A DNA stretch of 64,000 nt from an uncultured Lachnospiraceae bacterium (GTDB taxonomy: Bacteria > Bacillota > Clostridia > Lachnospirales > Lachnospiraceae): positions 28,108-92,107 of the forward strand of contig CANRMA010000005.1 in assembly GCA_947631625.1 (NCBI GenBank), written 5' to 3'. Position 1 is the stretch's first letter; each line of letters begins with the position of its first letter. Made by a program: the position numbers and the translations under genes. The notes under the pieces are model-generated. The model worked only from the letters and a program-made list of their open reading frames with translations. It searched no databases and was not told the DNA's origin. Below are positions 17,911-28,711 of the stretch, in pieces.

Positions 17911-20900
17911 TTATTGCAGATAATTGTTCAATCTGCATGGTACAATGCTGAATGTTGCCACTCTGGCTCCTATACAGTTTCCGCCTTCCTTAGCGTAAAC
18001 TATCACGGTAGCTTTACCCTTGTTTACGTTGTTTATCACTTTATATTCGTAATTGGCGTCATCTTTATTGGCAACTTCCGCGCTTTTGTTCATAACCTTT
18101 AATACGGCAGGCTCTATCTTGCCTCCGGTATATTCCAGTTTAGTCGTTTTGACTTTTCCTGCCTCATCTTTGTAGAATACCACTTTTGCCTTGGTCAAGT
18201 CAACCTTATTGGAAGCTGCATTTTTATTCCATACTTTATATGAACCTGTTATGCACTTGCTCTCATCGGCAGGATTTACATAATTTTTACTTGAGGCTTT
18301 GGCTTTTATCTTTACATATACTGTCTTATAAGCCTCTCCCGCTCCAAAATCGATCGGGTTATCTTTACTCATCTCGGTGTCCGCAGTCATAGCTTCATCA
18401 GTATAATATCTGATATCGCATTCGGAGTTCTTAACCAATACGTTATTAATACTGATATAAGGCGTTGATTTGTATACGCCCTTTTTCCCGGCAACTTTAT
18501 CGGGAAGAAGTACATAGGCTCCACCAATCTCATCGACCGTGTCGATACTGAGCTCAGCTTTATCAATTGTGAAATTTTTAACAAACTTACCCTTGTAATT
18601 GCCTTTAAAAGTAATCGTAAATTTTGCTGCCGAACCGGCCTTCTTATTGCCGCTGTATGAAAGCTTATAATCTTTACCTTCCGTAAGCGGCAATACTACA
18701 GGGTCGCCCTTCTCATCTACAGCATTGCTTACCCATGCCAGTCTGAGTTCATTAAATAACGCCCCCGTACTCATATATTGGGGATTAATATCTTTGCCGC
18801 CCTTTGTCATTCCCTGAATAAGCATCTTACCGGCTTTGCCCGCAGCATCATAACCGTCAATATCATCAACCGATACCATATTGCTCTCGCTGACAGCCGT
18901 CGGCGCGATCTTGCAGGATTTAACGATATTGCAGCCGCTGTAATCACCCAGACCGACAACAGTAAATTTCACGGTTCCGGCATCCATTGTATTCTTCGGA
19001 AAAACTATCTCATAAAAAGTATTTTCTGCGCTGTTTTCAAGCTCCGCGTCGGTAGTTTTATCATGCACTGTTATACAATCGCGCAGCTGCTCACACAGAT
19101 CGCCGCCCGTATATACTATATTTCTAATATTACTGTCTACGGTAACCTTAAACTTTTTGACAGCCGCCTTGGCAGCCTTATTGTCGGCTACTACCTGTAC
19201 ATCAACACTAAGCTCGCCCGTGTAATTATTACCGTTTCCCTCAAGAACAAGTTGTTCATAACTGCCGGGCTCCGTAACCTTATTATATATTTTGTTTTCT
19301 TTAAACTTAATATCCTTGGAAGTCAGCTTAATGCCTCCGTAATACAATACAGGAAGTTTTACTGCCTTGTCCTTTACCGCAATTACCTTAACGGCCTTGA
19401 TATCGCCGTCTTTGATGTTTTTCTTTTCGATCGTAAAAGTCTTAGGAGCAGTCTTCCCCGCATAAATCCCTTTACCCGTTATGGTAATGGAAGGCGCTTT
19501 ACGACTATCCTTCTGCGCGGCATTAATATTATTGGTATACTTAACAGTATAATCCACGCCTTCTACAAGCTCCCGGCCGTTTAAATTATTCCTTACGATG
19601 ATCTCAGGATTTATCCGGCTGCCCGTATAAGTATAAACTTCGTTTTCATTCTTAAACTCTATGCTTAAGCCTTCCTTCGGCGTATATCCGGGATCTTCCC
19701 CGGCGTCCTCAGTCCACTTGGCATACAATGTTATATCTTCCGTTACGGGAGTTTCAAAATCGTATGCTTTCGTACATTCGCTGTCCGTATACCAACCGTC
19801 AAAAGTATAACCCTCTTTGACCGGTTCCGGATCGGGCTTCGCACACTTTTGACCGTTCTCAACAATCTGCGGAGCTATGTCTCCTGCTCCGTTGGTATTG
19901 AAGGTTATGGTGTGGGTTGCAGGATGAACCTCTTCACCGTTTTGCTTCCAAACTGCATGCAATGTAATATTGATAAGAGGCATATACGGAAGTGTCACGT
20001 CTTCACCATAACTGTTTTTCCAACCACCGAATTCATACCCTTCTTTTACCGGATCCGGAAGCTTTTCTTTTGTAACACTGTCTCCCTGGTTGACTTTAAT
20101 CTCTAAAGGTGAGGAACCGTCATCTTTATTTACGGTTACGGTAAACTGTTTGGATGCATCCAACGGAACTACCATAACTGCATATAAATAATTATCCTGA
20201 TTCTTTGTAATCTTATGCTCTCCCGCTCCGATACGGGTTATTATTAATCCTTTAACCTGAACGTAGGATTTATCGTCAATGTTGGTTTTTTTATCAATCT
20301 TATCCGGTCTCAAGAACAGTACCACTGCTGCATCCGTTGTTGTAGTAAAGGAAACTGCCGATGTTGCGTCGCTCATATTCAGTCTTCCCTTGCCGTTTCC
20401 GGATGTATATTGAAGGCCGTTATAAGAAACGGAAGTACCTCTCTGTTTATCTAAGGTTCCGGTTATATCAAAGTACGGACTGTCCATACCGTCCTTTGTA
20501 AAGTCATGTATTACTTTTTCCGTGCCTATGGGTTTAGCCCCATAACTGCCCGGTTCTTCACCTTCTGCCAACCACTTTCCTTCAAGTGTCATATCACCTG
20601 TAACTGCATCTTCAAAATTCCACTTTCTGGATCCTTTATACCAACCATCAAAGCCAACTTTGCCTTCAGGCATCTTTGATGGCTGTGCAGGCTCCTTAAT
20701 TGCAGTATTTGCTTCAACCTTTTCAGTAAATGAATCCTCTCCGTTATTAGGATCAAAAGTTACGGTATAATACACTGTCGTATCGGTTTCGTTTATACCG
20801 CCTATCGACACTATCTTTGATTTATAATTTGTACATAAAGCTTTTAATGCCTCGTTAATGTCTGACGATCTGTCATCCGCTTCCGTAAATGTAAATTGTA

Positions 20901-22980
20901 AATCTCCGCCGTTTACACGTCCTGCGCGTTCCTTAACAATAACCGGAACATTTTCCGCAGGATCGGCTGTATATTTATAAAAATCCTCAGCCGTATCAAA
21001 ATTATTATACGTATGAGCGCCTTTTTTGGTCTTAACCGTATCAGGCACCTTATCATCTCTGTTTTCAACTACATACGCATCAAAATCTACCGACGCATCA
21101 TTAGTAAAGTCGGCTGATTGCGCGTAATCAGCTTCTGCTTTATCATCGCTATCGTTCTTCTCTTCCCCTTCGGAAACTATATTCTCATTTTCAGTTTCCT
21201 CCGTATTTTCATCGTACTCAATACTACCGTCTTCCACACTATTATCTGTATTCCCGACATCCTCCGCATCGACGGCTTCAGTATTCCCATACTGCTGCTC
21301 CTCTGCGTTTACGGAATTATCGCCGTCATTTACATTATTTTCAATATCATCATCATTTTCGCTGTTTTTGTTAATTCCATTATTTTCAGTGCTTTCGCTA
21401 TTATCGGAATGAGCAGTCATTTCACTGTCGTCATTATTTTTATCTTCTTCCGCAATTATTCCTTTATTTTCCGCTTCTTCACTAACTATGGTTTCCGGTT
21501 CCTGTTCCAATGCCACATAAGGAACGAAACCCTCCTCTGCCAAATCAGCTTCCTGCTGTATCGCTGCCTGTTTTGCAGGCGCTTTATATGGAATAAAATA
21601 CTTGCTGCTGTACTCATCCATATAATTTCCATATGCCTTTATCATACTTCCGTCTTCATATCCGCTTTTATCCACAGCCTCAAACTTTCCGTCACTTTCT
21701 GACAGATCAGAACCCTGCTGAGAAATAAGCATGGGGAATTTTGTGTTTTTAAAATAATTGCTTTCCACAAAAACCGAAGTGCCGCCTGCCGCGGCGCCCA
21801 CACCATACTTGGCAACGCCGTCATAATAATTATTATATATATGCGTCGTAAAATATCTGATTCTCGGATGTCTCGAGTCCGAGTGATCAAACCAGTTATG
21901 ATGATATGTAATGCGCCCTACAAAATCAGGGTTATTTACACCCTCTTCAAGTCCAAGCAAACACGATTTTCCCGAATCCCAGAAATGATTATAAGAAAAC
22001 GTTATTAAATCCGAGTTTTTACAGTCGAGCATGCCGTCCCCTTTTTTCTGATCCGCATCGCTGCCTGCGTTTCCGTAAAAGAAGTCATTATCATGCACCC
22101 ATATATGTGTATTATTCTGCTGTAACCTTACATTATCGCCCTCTGTGCTGTTACAGTTCATAAATGCAAGATTACGCACTTCGACATTGACGGCATTTTC
22201 TATACCTATGCCCCAACCGTTAGCTACCGCATCTTCTCCTATACCTTCAATGGTAATGCCGGCCGCTGCTTTTTTACCGTTTTCAATCGCAATATCTCCC
22301 TTATCCATATAAGCAAAGTCTTCTATATTGCCAATGATACGAACATCCAACGGTTTTGTTTCTTTCCCCTCCTTATAGCCGTTAAGAATATTCTGAAGTC
22401 CGGCGCGGGAAGTACCGTTTACATCAAGAGATACTGTATCTTTATTGGTATTGGTTATATAAATAACCCGCGCATCATCTTTTAATGTACCGTCCTTTTT
22501 ATATGCGCCGGGCGTATTTTCATTATCATTAGCGGCGGCATCATATCCTTCCCATGCATACCCCGACCTGTCATGCGCGGTAACATCAACGGATATCACT
22601 TTCTCCGCCACCGTATCTATAAGCTTTTTGTCAGCGTCAAATGTGCCTGCCACTACCCTGATATGCCATTTTCCGGCGCTCAGCCCCAATATATCAGCCC
22701 TGTAATGATCCGGATATTTTCTGATCAATTCATCATCTATCGGCGTATCCGGCCATGTTCCTTCCGTCTTAGACACATATACCTGATAACCTCCGGCGCC
22801 TTCAACTTCTGACCATTCGGCATATGCGCCCTCCTCATATCCGCCGCTTTTTGTAACGGATATTTCCGCCGCCGCGTTTACGGTCATAAACAGGCTGCCG
22901 TCCACAGCCGGAACAGCCATAATAAATGCCAACATTAACGCCAATGCTTTCTTAAATACCTTTCTGCTTTTTTTACTCAT
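17911..22980 (-). CDS. Secreted multimodular pectate lyase (PL1) with CBM77-like module, InlB B-repeats and C-terminal repeat module
   Basis: Signal peptide; PL1 motifs VRNLAF, HIWVHDNDF, DGMLD, HHNWF, SRHPRIR; B-repeat pattern KEGYTFDGWY...LYAKW. Confidence 0.85.
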   Translation of the reverse strand: MSKKSRKVFKKALALMLAFIMAVPAVDGSLFMTVNAAAEISVTKSGGYEEGAYAEWSEVEGAGGYQVYVSKTEGTWPDTPIDDELIRKYPDHYRADILGLSAGKWHIRVVAGTFDADKKLIDTVAEKVISVDVTAHDRSGYAWEGYDAAANDNENTPGAYKKDGTLKDDARVIYITNTNKDTVSLDVNGTSRAGLQNILNGYKEGKETKPLDVRIIGNIEDFAYMDKGDIAIENGKKAAAGITIEGIGEDAVANGWGIGIENAVNVEVRNLAFMNCNSTEGDNVRLQQNNTHIWVHDNDFFYGNAGSDADQKKGDGMLDCKNSDLITFSYNHFWDSGKSCLLGLEEGVNNPDFVGRITYHHNWFDHSDSRHPRIRYFTTHIYNNYYDGVAKYGVGAAAGGTSVFVESNYFKNTKFPMLISQQGSDLSESDGKFEAVDKSGYEDGSMIKAYGNYMDEYSSKYFIPYKAPAKQAAIQQEADLAEEGFVPYVALEQEPETIVSEEAENKGIIAEEDKNNDDSEMTAHSDNSESTENNGINKNSENDDDIENNVNDGDNSVNAEEQQYGNTEAVDAEDVGNTDNSVEDGSIEYDENTEETENENIVSEGEEKNDSDDKAEADYAQSADFTNDASVDFDAYVVENRDDKVPDTVKTKKGAHTYNNFDTAEDFYKYTADPAENVPVIVKERAGRVNGGDLQFTFTEADDRSSDINEALKALCTNYKSKIVSIGGINETDTTVYYTVTFDPNNGEDSFTEKVEANTAIKEPAQPSKMPEGKVGFDGWYKGSRKWNFEDAVTGDMTLEGKWLAEGEEPGSYGAKPIGTEKVIHDFTKDGMDSPYFDITGTLDKQRGTSVSYNGLQYTSGNGKGRLNMSDATSAVSFTTTTDAAVVLFLRPDKIDKKTNIDDKSYVQVKGLIITRIGAGEHKITKNQDNYLYAVMVVPLDASKQFTVTVNKDDGSSPLEIKVNQGDSVTKEKLPDPVKEGYEFGGWKNSYGEDVTLPYMPLINITLHAVWKQNGEEVHPATHTITFNTNGAGDIAPQIVENGQKCAKPDPEPVKEGYTFDGWYTDSECTKAYDFETPVTEDITLYAKWTEDAGEDPGYTPKEGLSIEFKNENEVYTYTGSRINPEIIVRNNLNGRELVEGVDYTVKYTNNINAAQKDSRKAPSITITGKGIYAGKTAPKTFTIEKKNIKDGDIKAVKVIAVKDKAVKLPVLYYGGIKLTSKDIKFKENKIYNKVTEPGSYEQLVLEGNGNNYTGELSVDVQVVADNKAAKAAVKKFKVTVDSNIRNIVYTGGDLCEQLRDCITVHDKTTDAELENSAENTFYEIVFPKNTMDAGTVKFTVVGLGDYSGCNIVKSCKIAPTAVSESNMVSVDDIDGYDAAGKAGKMLIQGMTKGGKDINPQYMSTGALFNELRLAWVSNAVDEKGDPVVLPLTEGKDYKLSYSGNKKAGSAAKFTITFKGNYKGKFVKNFTIDKAELSIDTVDEIGGAYVLLPDKVAGKKGVYKSTPYISINNVLVKNSECDIRYYTDEAMTADTEMSKDNPIDFGAGEAYKTVYVKIKAKASSKNYVNPADESKCITGSYKVWNKNAASNKVDLTKAKVVFYKDEAGKVKTTKLEYTGGKIEPAVLKVMNKSAEVANKDDANYEYKVINNVNKGKATVIVYAKEGGNCIGARVATFSIVPCRLNNYLQ

Positions 22981-23004
22981 TACCCCATCTGCTCCTTTCC
23001 GGAT

Positions 23005-23592
23005 TTACTGATCTAACCCCATATAATCATTAATTTCTTCTTCACACGAACGCATGGCCATTATAGTATCCTCTAACAGTTTATCGAGCTCTACGCCCAT
23101 CATCTGTGCGCCGCGTTCGATCACGTCTCTTGAACAACCCGCCGCAAACGCTTTGGTCTTGTATTTCTTTTTTAAGGATTTAAGTTCCATATCCTGTACG
23201 CTTTTTGACGGACGCATAAGCGCGGCTGCGCCTATCAGTCCTGAAAGTTCGTCCACTGCATAGAGCGCCTTTTCCATCTCATGTTCAGGCTCTATATCCA
23301 CGGTCAGTCCATAACCATGTGAACACACCGAATGTATGATATCTTCCGATACTCCTCCGGCTCTCAGCAGTTCCGGAGCTTTAATGCAATGCTCCTGCGG
23401 ATATTCCTCAAAATCAATATCGTGAAGCAGTCCCACAATGCCCCAATATTCCGCATCATCGGCATATCCCAATTTCTTGGCGTACCACTTCATTATCCCT
23501 TCCACAGTAAGCGCATGTCTGATATGGAAAGGATCCTTGTTATGTTTTTTTAATAAATCAAAAGCAGCCTCTCTGCTTATGTATTCTCCCAT
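23005..23592 (-). CDS. HD-domain metal-dependent phosphohydrolase
   Basis: RHALTVE...GLLHDIDFE...H...DELSG pattern. Confidence 0.8.
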   Translation of the reverse strand: MGEYISREAAFDLLKKHNKDPFHIRHALTVEGIMKWYAKKLGYADDAEYWGIVGLLHDIDFEEYPQEHCIKAPELLRAGGVSEDIIHSVCSHGYGLTVDIEPEHEMEKALYAVDELSGLIGAAALMRPSKSVQDMELKSLKKKYKTKAFAAGCSRDVIERGAQMMGVELDKLLEDTIMAMRSCEEEINDYMGLDQ

Positions 23593-23637
23593 CTCAAAAT
23601 GCTCCTTTCAGACTGCAAAATTTACCTATTTTAAATA

Positions 23638-23667
23638 ATTATAGTATTGCGAAAAAGCGGTTGTCAA
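23638..23667 (-). promoter_or_regulatory. Sigma-A promoter of the HD hydrolase-pectate lyase-ileS run
   Basis: TTGACA-N18-TATAAT. Confidence 0.65.
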
Positions 23668-23853
23668 GGTGCAGTTTATAAGCTTATGCGATCATTCGAT
23701 CCATATGTAAAAGTCTTGTTAAAGTCTTTCACAAAGTTCTTCCCTAATCATTAAAACTGGTGTAAAATAATTATGATATACAAATTTTACTAAATTACTG
23801 ACCGGGCATGGCTTGAGACAAAATACCAAACGGAAGGATATGGGTAATAAATT

Positions 23854-25308
23854 ATGGACAGACAAAATCTGACCTTGCTCACAGATCTTTATGAATTGAC
23901 GATGATGCAGGGTTATTTTAAAAACAAGGACCAAAATGAAACAGTAATCTTTGACGCCTTTTACCGCAATAACCCGTGCGACGGCGGATTTGCAATATCC
24001 GCGGGGTTGGAACAGCTCATACAATATATAAAAGAACTGCGTTTTGAAGATGAAGACATTGCTTATCTTGCAAGTCTGGGAATTTTTGAAAAGGATTTCC
24101 TCGACTATCTTCATGACTTCAAATTTACCGGTGATATATACGCCATTCCGGAAGGCACGGTCATTTTTCCAAGAGAACCTATCGTAAAAGTTATCGCGCC
24201 GATAATGCAGGCGCAGCTTGTTGAAACAGCCATATTAAATATAATAAATCACCAAAGCCTGATAGCCACCAAAGCGGCAAGAGTGTGCTACGCCGCCCAC
24301 GGCGACGGTATTATGGAATTTGGTTTAAGACGCGCCCAGGGGCCGGACGCAGGAACCTATGGCGCAAGAGCCGCCATTATAGGCGGCTGTATAGGCACTT
24401 CAAACGTACTTTGCGGACAGTTATTCGACGTACCGGTAAAAGGCACCCATGCGCACAGTTGGATCATGAGCTTCCCCGATGAATATACGGCTTTTAAAAC
24501 TTATGCGAATATGTATCCTTCTGCATGCATTTTGCTTGTTGATACTTACGATACTTTAAAATCCGGCGTTCCCAACGCCATAAAGGTCTTTACGGAAATG
24601 AGGGAAGCCGGAATACCGCTTACTTTTTACGGAATACGTCTGGACAGCGGCGACCTTGCATATCTTTCCAAAAAAGCCCGCACAATGCTTGACGACGCCG
24701 GTTTCCCCGACGCCGTTATCTCGGCTTCCAATGATCTGGACGAGTTTCTTATCCAAAGTTTAAAGGATCAGGGCGCCGCCATAACTTCATGGGGAGTAGG
24801 CACGCATCTTATCACTTCCAAAGATTGTCCGTCATTTGGCGGCGTGTATAAACTTGCCGCTATTATGGACAAAGACGGAAAATTCATACCCAAGATCAAG
24901 CTGTCGGAAAATACCGAAAAAATTACCAATCCCGGCAACAAGACCATTTACCGCATATATGAAAAAGAAACAGGCAAGATCAAAGCCGATCTTATCTGTC
25001 TGGTTGATGAAAAATTTGACGAATCCAAACAACTTATGCTCTTCGACCCTGCCGAACCATGGAAAAAGACCATGCTTAAGGGCGGCAGCTACACACTGCG
25101 CGAACTTATGATTCCGGTCTTTAAAAACGGCGAATGCTGTTATACTTCTCCCAAAGTAATGGATATACGGGATTATTGCCAACAAGAGTTAAATACGCTC
25201 TGGGATGAAACCAGACGTCTGGTGAACCCTCATAAGGTATATGTCGATCTTTCAAGCAAATTATATGACATAAAGATTTCACTGTTAGATCAAATGAGCA
25301 AAAACTGA
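23854..25308 (+). CDS. pncB: Nicotinate phosphoribosyltransferase
   Basis: [46 protein letters not shown]. Confidence 0.93.
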   Translation: MDRQNLTLLTDLYELTMMQGYFKNKDQNETVIFDAFYRNNPCDGGFAISAGLEQLIQYIKELRFEDEDIAYLASLGIFEKDFLDYLHDFKFTGDIYAIPEGTVIFPREPIVKVIAPIMQAQLVETAILNIINHQSLIATKAARVCYAAHGDGIMEFGLRRAQGPDAGTYGARAAIIGGCIGTSNVLCGQLFDVPVKGTHAHSWIMSFPDEYTAFKTYANMYPSACILLVDTYDTLKSGVPNAIKVFTEMREAGIPLTFYGIRLDSGDLAYLSKKARTMLDDAGFPDAVISASNDLDEFLIQSLKDQGAAITSWGVGTHLITSKDCPSFGGVYKLAAIMDKDGKFIPKIKLSENTEKITNPGNKTIYRIYEKETGKIKADLICLVDEKFDESKQLMLFDPAEPWKKTMLKGGSYTLRELMIPVFKNGECCYTSPKVMDIRDYCQQELNTLWDETRRLVNPHKVYVDLSSKLYDIKISLLDQMSKN

Positions 25309-25392
25309 TGTTATAGTTGCTGTCGGGCTATAATGTATAAACGGATTTAAGCATATATATTGACTAAATAACGGAAGGCTTGGTATATTTTT

Positions 25393-26640
25393 ATGAAAGA
25401 CCAAAATGAGCGGCACAAATATCTGGAAGTTAAAGACAAGTTTAAAATGAGGGAATTGGACGAACAGGACTTGGAACAGTTCAACGCCTTGCTCCAATAT
25501 GCGTTCCAGGTCACTTCTTACGATCTGTTTCAAACAGGTTGGCGGCAGGATGAGATAAAATCCGCCAAGAGTCCCATACTTAAAGAAGCGTATGTACTTG
25601 GCTGGTTCTATCAGGACAAACTGGCTTCAATGATAGTAGTATATTCAATGAAAGTCAATATCCATGACAATATAATGAATATGGGCGGCATTACCGGCGT
25701 AGCGACCTATCCCGAATATACCGGAAGGGGCCTTATTCATTCGCTTATGAAGCGCGCTTTAAATTATATGCGCAAAAATGAAATGCTCATATCTTTCCTG
25801 TGTCCCTACTCCATTCCTTTTTACCGCAAGATGGGTTGGGAAATAGTATCTGATAAACTTACCTTTACGGTAAAAGATACACAGCTTCCCAAAACCGTAC
25901 CTGTAGACGGAATGGTTGAGCGCGTCAGCCTTGATTCGGAAGACTATCACAACGTGCATTCGTATTTTACATTGCAAAGGCACGGAGCGCTCATACGCGA
26001 CGACCTGTCATGGGAAGAATATTGGAGATGGGATAATGAAGATATAATTGCGGCGGTTTATTACAATAAAGAGCATAAGCCGCTCGGTTATGTGGTATAC
26101 TACGTTGCCAACGAGATCTTTCACATAAAAGAAATGGTATATCTTAATATAGAGGCTAACTACGGGCTCTGGAATTACATAAGCGCACATTTTTCAATGA
26201 TAACCCAGGTGCGCGGAAACAATTTTTCAGGCGAACCAATGGCCTATCTGTTTGAAGACAGCGAGATAACGGAGACCATATCGCCCTATATCATGGCGCG
26301 TATAGTAGATGTCAAAAAATTTTTATCCGAGTACCCTTTTCAGGTCCAGCCTGAAGACTTCAAACTGCACTTTCTTGTACACGATGCAATGATACCCGAA
26401 AACGAAGGCGACTATATGATCTCATGGCACAAAGGAAAAACCGTCTGCGAGAAAGTGGAAGATAATCAGTCCATAAACGTAGTCGAACTGACCGTCAACA
26501 CACTTACCGCCATGATGATGGGTTATAAAAGGCCTTCTTACCTCTATGAACATGAAAAGATCCTGACCGAGTATTACATGCTGACCTGGTTAGAACGTTT
26601 GATTCCTGTCGAAAAACCGTATTTTTCAGACTACTTTTAA
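25393..26640 (+). CDS. Eis-like GNAT acetyltransferase with SCP2-like C-terminus
   Basis: GVATYPEYTGRGLI motif A, FYRKMGWE, MARIVDV; 415 aa. Confidence 0.82.
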   Translation: MKDQNERHKYLEVKDKFKMRELDEQDLEQFNALLQYAFQVTSYDLFQTGWRQDEIKSAKSPILKEAYVLGWFYQDKLASMIVVYSMKVNIHDNIMNMGGITGVATYPEYTGRGLIHSLMKRALNYMRKNEMLISFLCPYSIPFYRKMGWEIVSDKLTFTVKDTQLPKTVPVDGMVERVSLDSEDYHNVHSYFTLQRHGALIRDDLSWEEYWRWDNEDIIAAVYYNKEHKPLGYVVYYVANEIFHIKEMVYLNIEANYGLWNYISAHFSMITQVRGNNFSGEPMAYLFEDSEITETISPYIMARIVDVKKFLSEYPFQVQPEDFKLHFLVHDAMIPENEGDYMISWHKGKTVCEKVEDNQSINVVELTVNTLTAMMMGYKRPSYLYEHEKILTEYYMLTWLERLIPVEKPYFSDYF

Positions 26641-27750
26641 TAACTCGGCCATAAATTCAGCCGCAGTATAAAGCATGCCCGTATCTACCATAAATCCGGG
26701 ATGATGGATCGGATGCCCGATTCCCGTTCCTATTTTTATATAACAGCCGGGTATCTTATCTTCATAAAAAGCAAAATCGTCTCCACCCAACGAGCTTTCC
26801 TCAACTGCAGTTTTTAAGCCCATTTCGACTGCTTTTTTCGCGCATGTTTCCGACATGGACCTATCATTATAAGTGGCGGGCGGTCCTGCGATCCACTCAA
26901 CCTCAGCCTCCGCTCCATACGCTCCGGCAGTATTTACCGCAATCTCTTTAAGTCTTTTTTCGTAAAGGATACGGTCGTTTTTATCCATTGTACGAACGGT
27001 ACCTTCCATAACTGCCTTATCGGGTATCACATTCCATGTAGTTCCCGCGCTTACTCTGGTCACGCTGAGCAGAGAAGGCAGAAACGCGTTGACGTTCCTG
27101 CTTGTTATCGTCTGCAGTGACTGAATCATCGCCGCTGCCGTCACTATGGGATCGATCCCGTCGTCCGGATGCGCCCCGTGGCAGCCGACTCCTTTTATCG
27201 TGATCACAAAGCGGTCTACCGCTGCCGTTACATAACCCTCCCGTATCGCTATCGTTCCGGCTTCGTTTACAGGATCGGCATGTATGCCCCATATACGATC
27301 TACATCCTTCATTACGTCGGTCTCCAGTATTTTTAAAGCGCCCAGAGAACTTTCTTCGGCAGGCTGAAAAATTATCTTGACGCTGCCTTTTAAGTCCGCC
27401 TTACATTCATTAAGCAGCATGGCGCAGCCAAGCCCGACGGTAATATGCATATCATGGCCGCATGCATGCATAACGCCTGTTATTTTTGATCTGTAAGGCA
27501 CGTCTGCGGTCTCCTCTATGGGCAGCGCATCTATATCACAGCGAAGCGCCCGCACCGGTCCTTCTTTTTCACCCCGCACGATCGCAACCAGGCCGGTTTC
27601 CAATTCGTAAGGCAGGATCTCTATTCCATCACCTGTCAATATTTCCCTTATTTGGGCGGTAGTTTCATATTCTTTATATGAAAGCTCCGGATGTGCATGA
27701 AACCGGCAAAATATATCTTTTAATCTGTTTTCAAGAAAAGCTTTATCCAT
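26626..27750 (-). CDS. M20D-family amidohydrolase
   Basis: HAHPELS, RCDIDALP, MHACGHD, FQPAEE, GGDDF. Start placed at MDKAF (27750); 27756 is also possible. Confidence 0.88.
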   Translation of the reverse strand: MDKAFLENRLKDIFCRFHAHPELSYKEYETTAQIREILTGDGIEILPYELETGLVAIVRGEKEGPVRALRCDIDALPIEETADVPYRSKITGVMHACGHDMHITVGLGCAMLLNECKADLKGSVKIIFQPAEESSLGALKILETDVMKDVDRIWGIHADPVNEAGTIAIREGYVTAAVDRFVITIKGVGCHGAHPDDGIDPIVTAAAMIQSLQTITSRNVNAFLPSLLSVTRVSAGTTWNVIPDKAVMEGTVRTMDKNDRILYEKRLKEIAVNTAGAYGAEAEVEWIAGPPATYNDRSMSETCAKKAVEMGLKTAVEESSLGGDDFAFYEDKIPGCYIKIGTGIGHPIHHPGFMVDTGMLYTAAEFMAELLKVV

Positions 27751-27784
27751 AACCATAATACCTGCCTGTATTATCTGACTGCCT

Positions 27785-28669
27785 CTAGCGCTTCTCACTG
27801 TTGGGATCAAGCGCATCGCGAAGCGCGTCGCCTACAAAGTTGATAGCCACCACCAACACTACTATCATAAGTCCCGCCGGAATCCAAAGCCACGGCTGAT
27901 CGGTCAGAACGGTTAATGACTGCGCGCCGTTTAACATATTTCCAAGACTTGCGGTCGGCGGCTGTACGCCCATACCAAGGAAGCTGAGCGCAGCTTCATC
28001 GAGCATGGATATGGCCAACACGGAAGTAGCGTACACCAAGATAGGCGCTACCGTATTCGGCAATATTTCCGAAAATAATATATGACGAAGCGGCATACCC
28101 GCCACGATATTTCCTTTGACAAAATTTGTTTCTCTCAACGACAGTACATTGCCTCTGACTAATCTTGCAATTCCCGGCCAGTCCACAAAACCCAGTATCA
28201 GAATGATATTCCACAGTCCCGGTTTAAAGATCGAAGCCGCTACAAGCACCAACAGAATATAGGGAAATGACATTACCATATCCGTAAAACGCATAATTAT
28301 CATATCTGCCACACCGCCGAAATATCCTGCAAACAGCCCCAGTATAACTCCTATGACAGTGGAGATCAATGTCGCCATAACGCCTACCAGAAGCGATATA
28401 CGCGTCGCATACAAAAGCCTGCTGAACACATCCCTGCCTATCTGATCCGTACCAAGCCAGAATTCCTTACACGGCGCGCCTCTGAAACTTCCCACTATCT
28501 CATCGGGATCGTACGGCGCGATAATGGGCGCAAGAACCGCAGCCCCGCACAATACTGCAAGGATTATAAGGCTATACGCCGCAAGATGGTGCCTTCTGAA
28601 CCTTCTGAACACGGTCTGCATATAACTTTCCGTTGATATTTTATTAAGATCATCTGTCCGCGATTTCAT
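27785..28669 (-). CDS. Peptide/nickel ABC transporter permease (DppC/OppC-like)
   Basis: LGTDQIGRD, EAALSFLGMG, GDALRDALDP. Confidence 0.9.
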   Translation of the reverse strand: MKSRTDDLNKISTESYMQTVFRRFRRHHLAAYSLIILAVLCGAAVLAPIIAPYDPDEIVGSFRGAPCKEFWLGTDQIGRDVFSRLLYATRISLLVGVMATLISTVIGVILGLFAGYFGGVADMIIMRFTDMVMSFPYILLVLVAASIFKPGLWNIILILGFVDWPGIARLVRGNVLSLRETNFVKGNIVAGMPLRHILFSEILPNTVAPILVYATSVLAISMLDEAALSFLGMGVQPPTASLGNMLNGAQSLTVLTDQPWLWIPAGLMIVVLVVAINFVGDALRDALDPNSEKR

Positions 28670-28711
28670 TATAACCCACGCCTTTCTCCAAACTCGTATG
28701 ATCCGTACCGG

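Noticed and set aside
17888-17938. N-terminal extension of IleRS, or a T-box leader
   Set aside because: Overlaps the lyase end; SD and ATG at 17887 fit better, and no T-box motif is seen.
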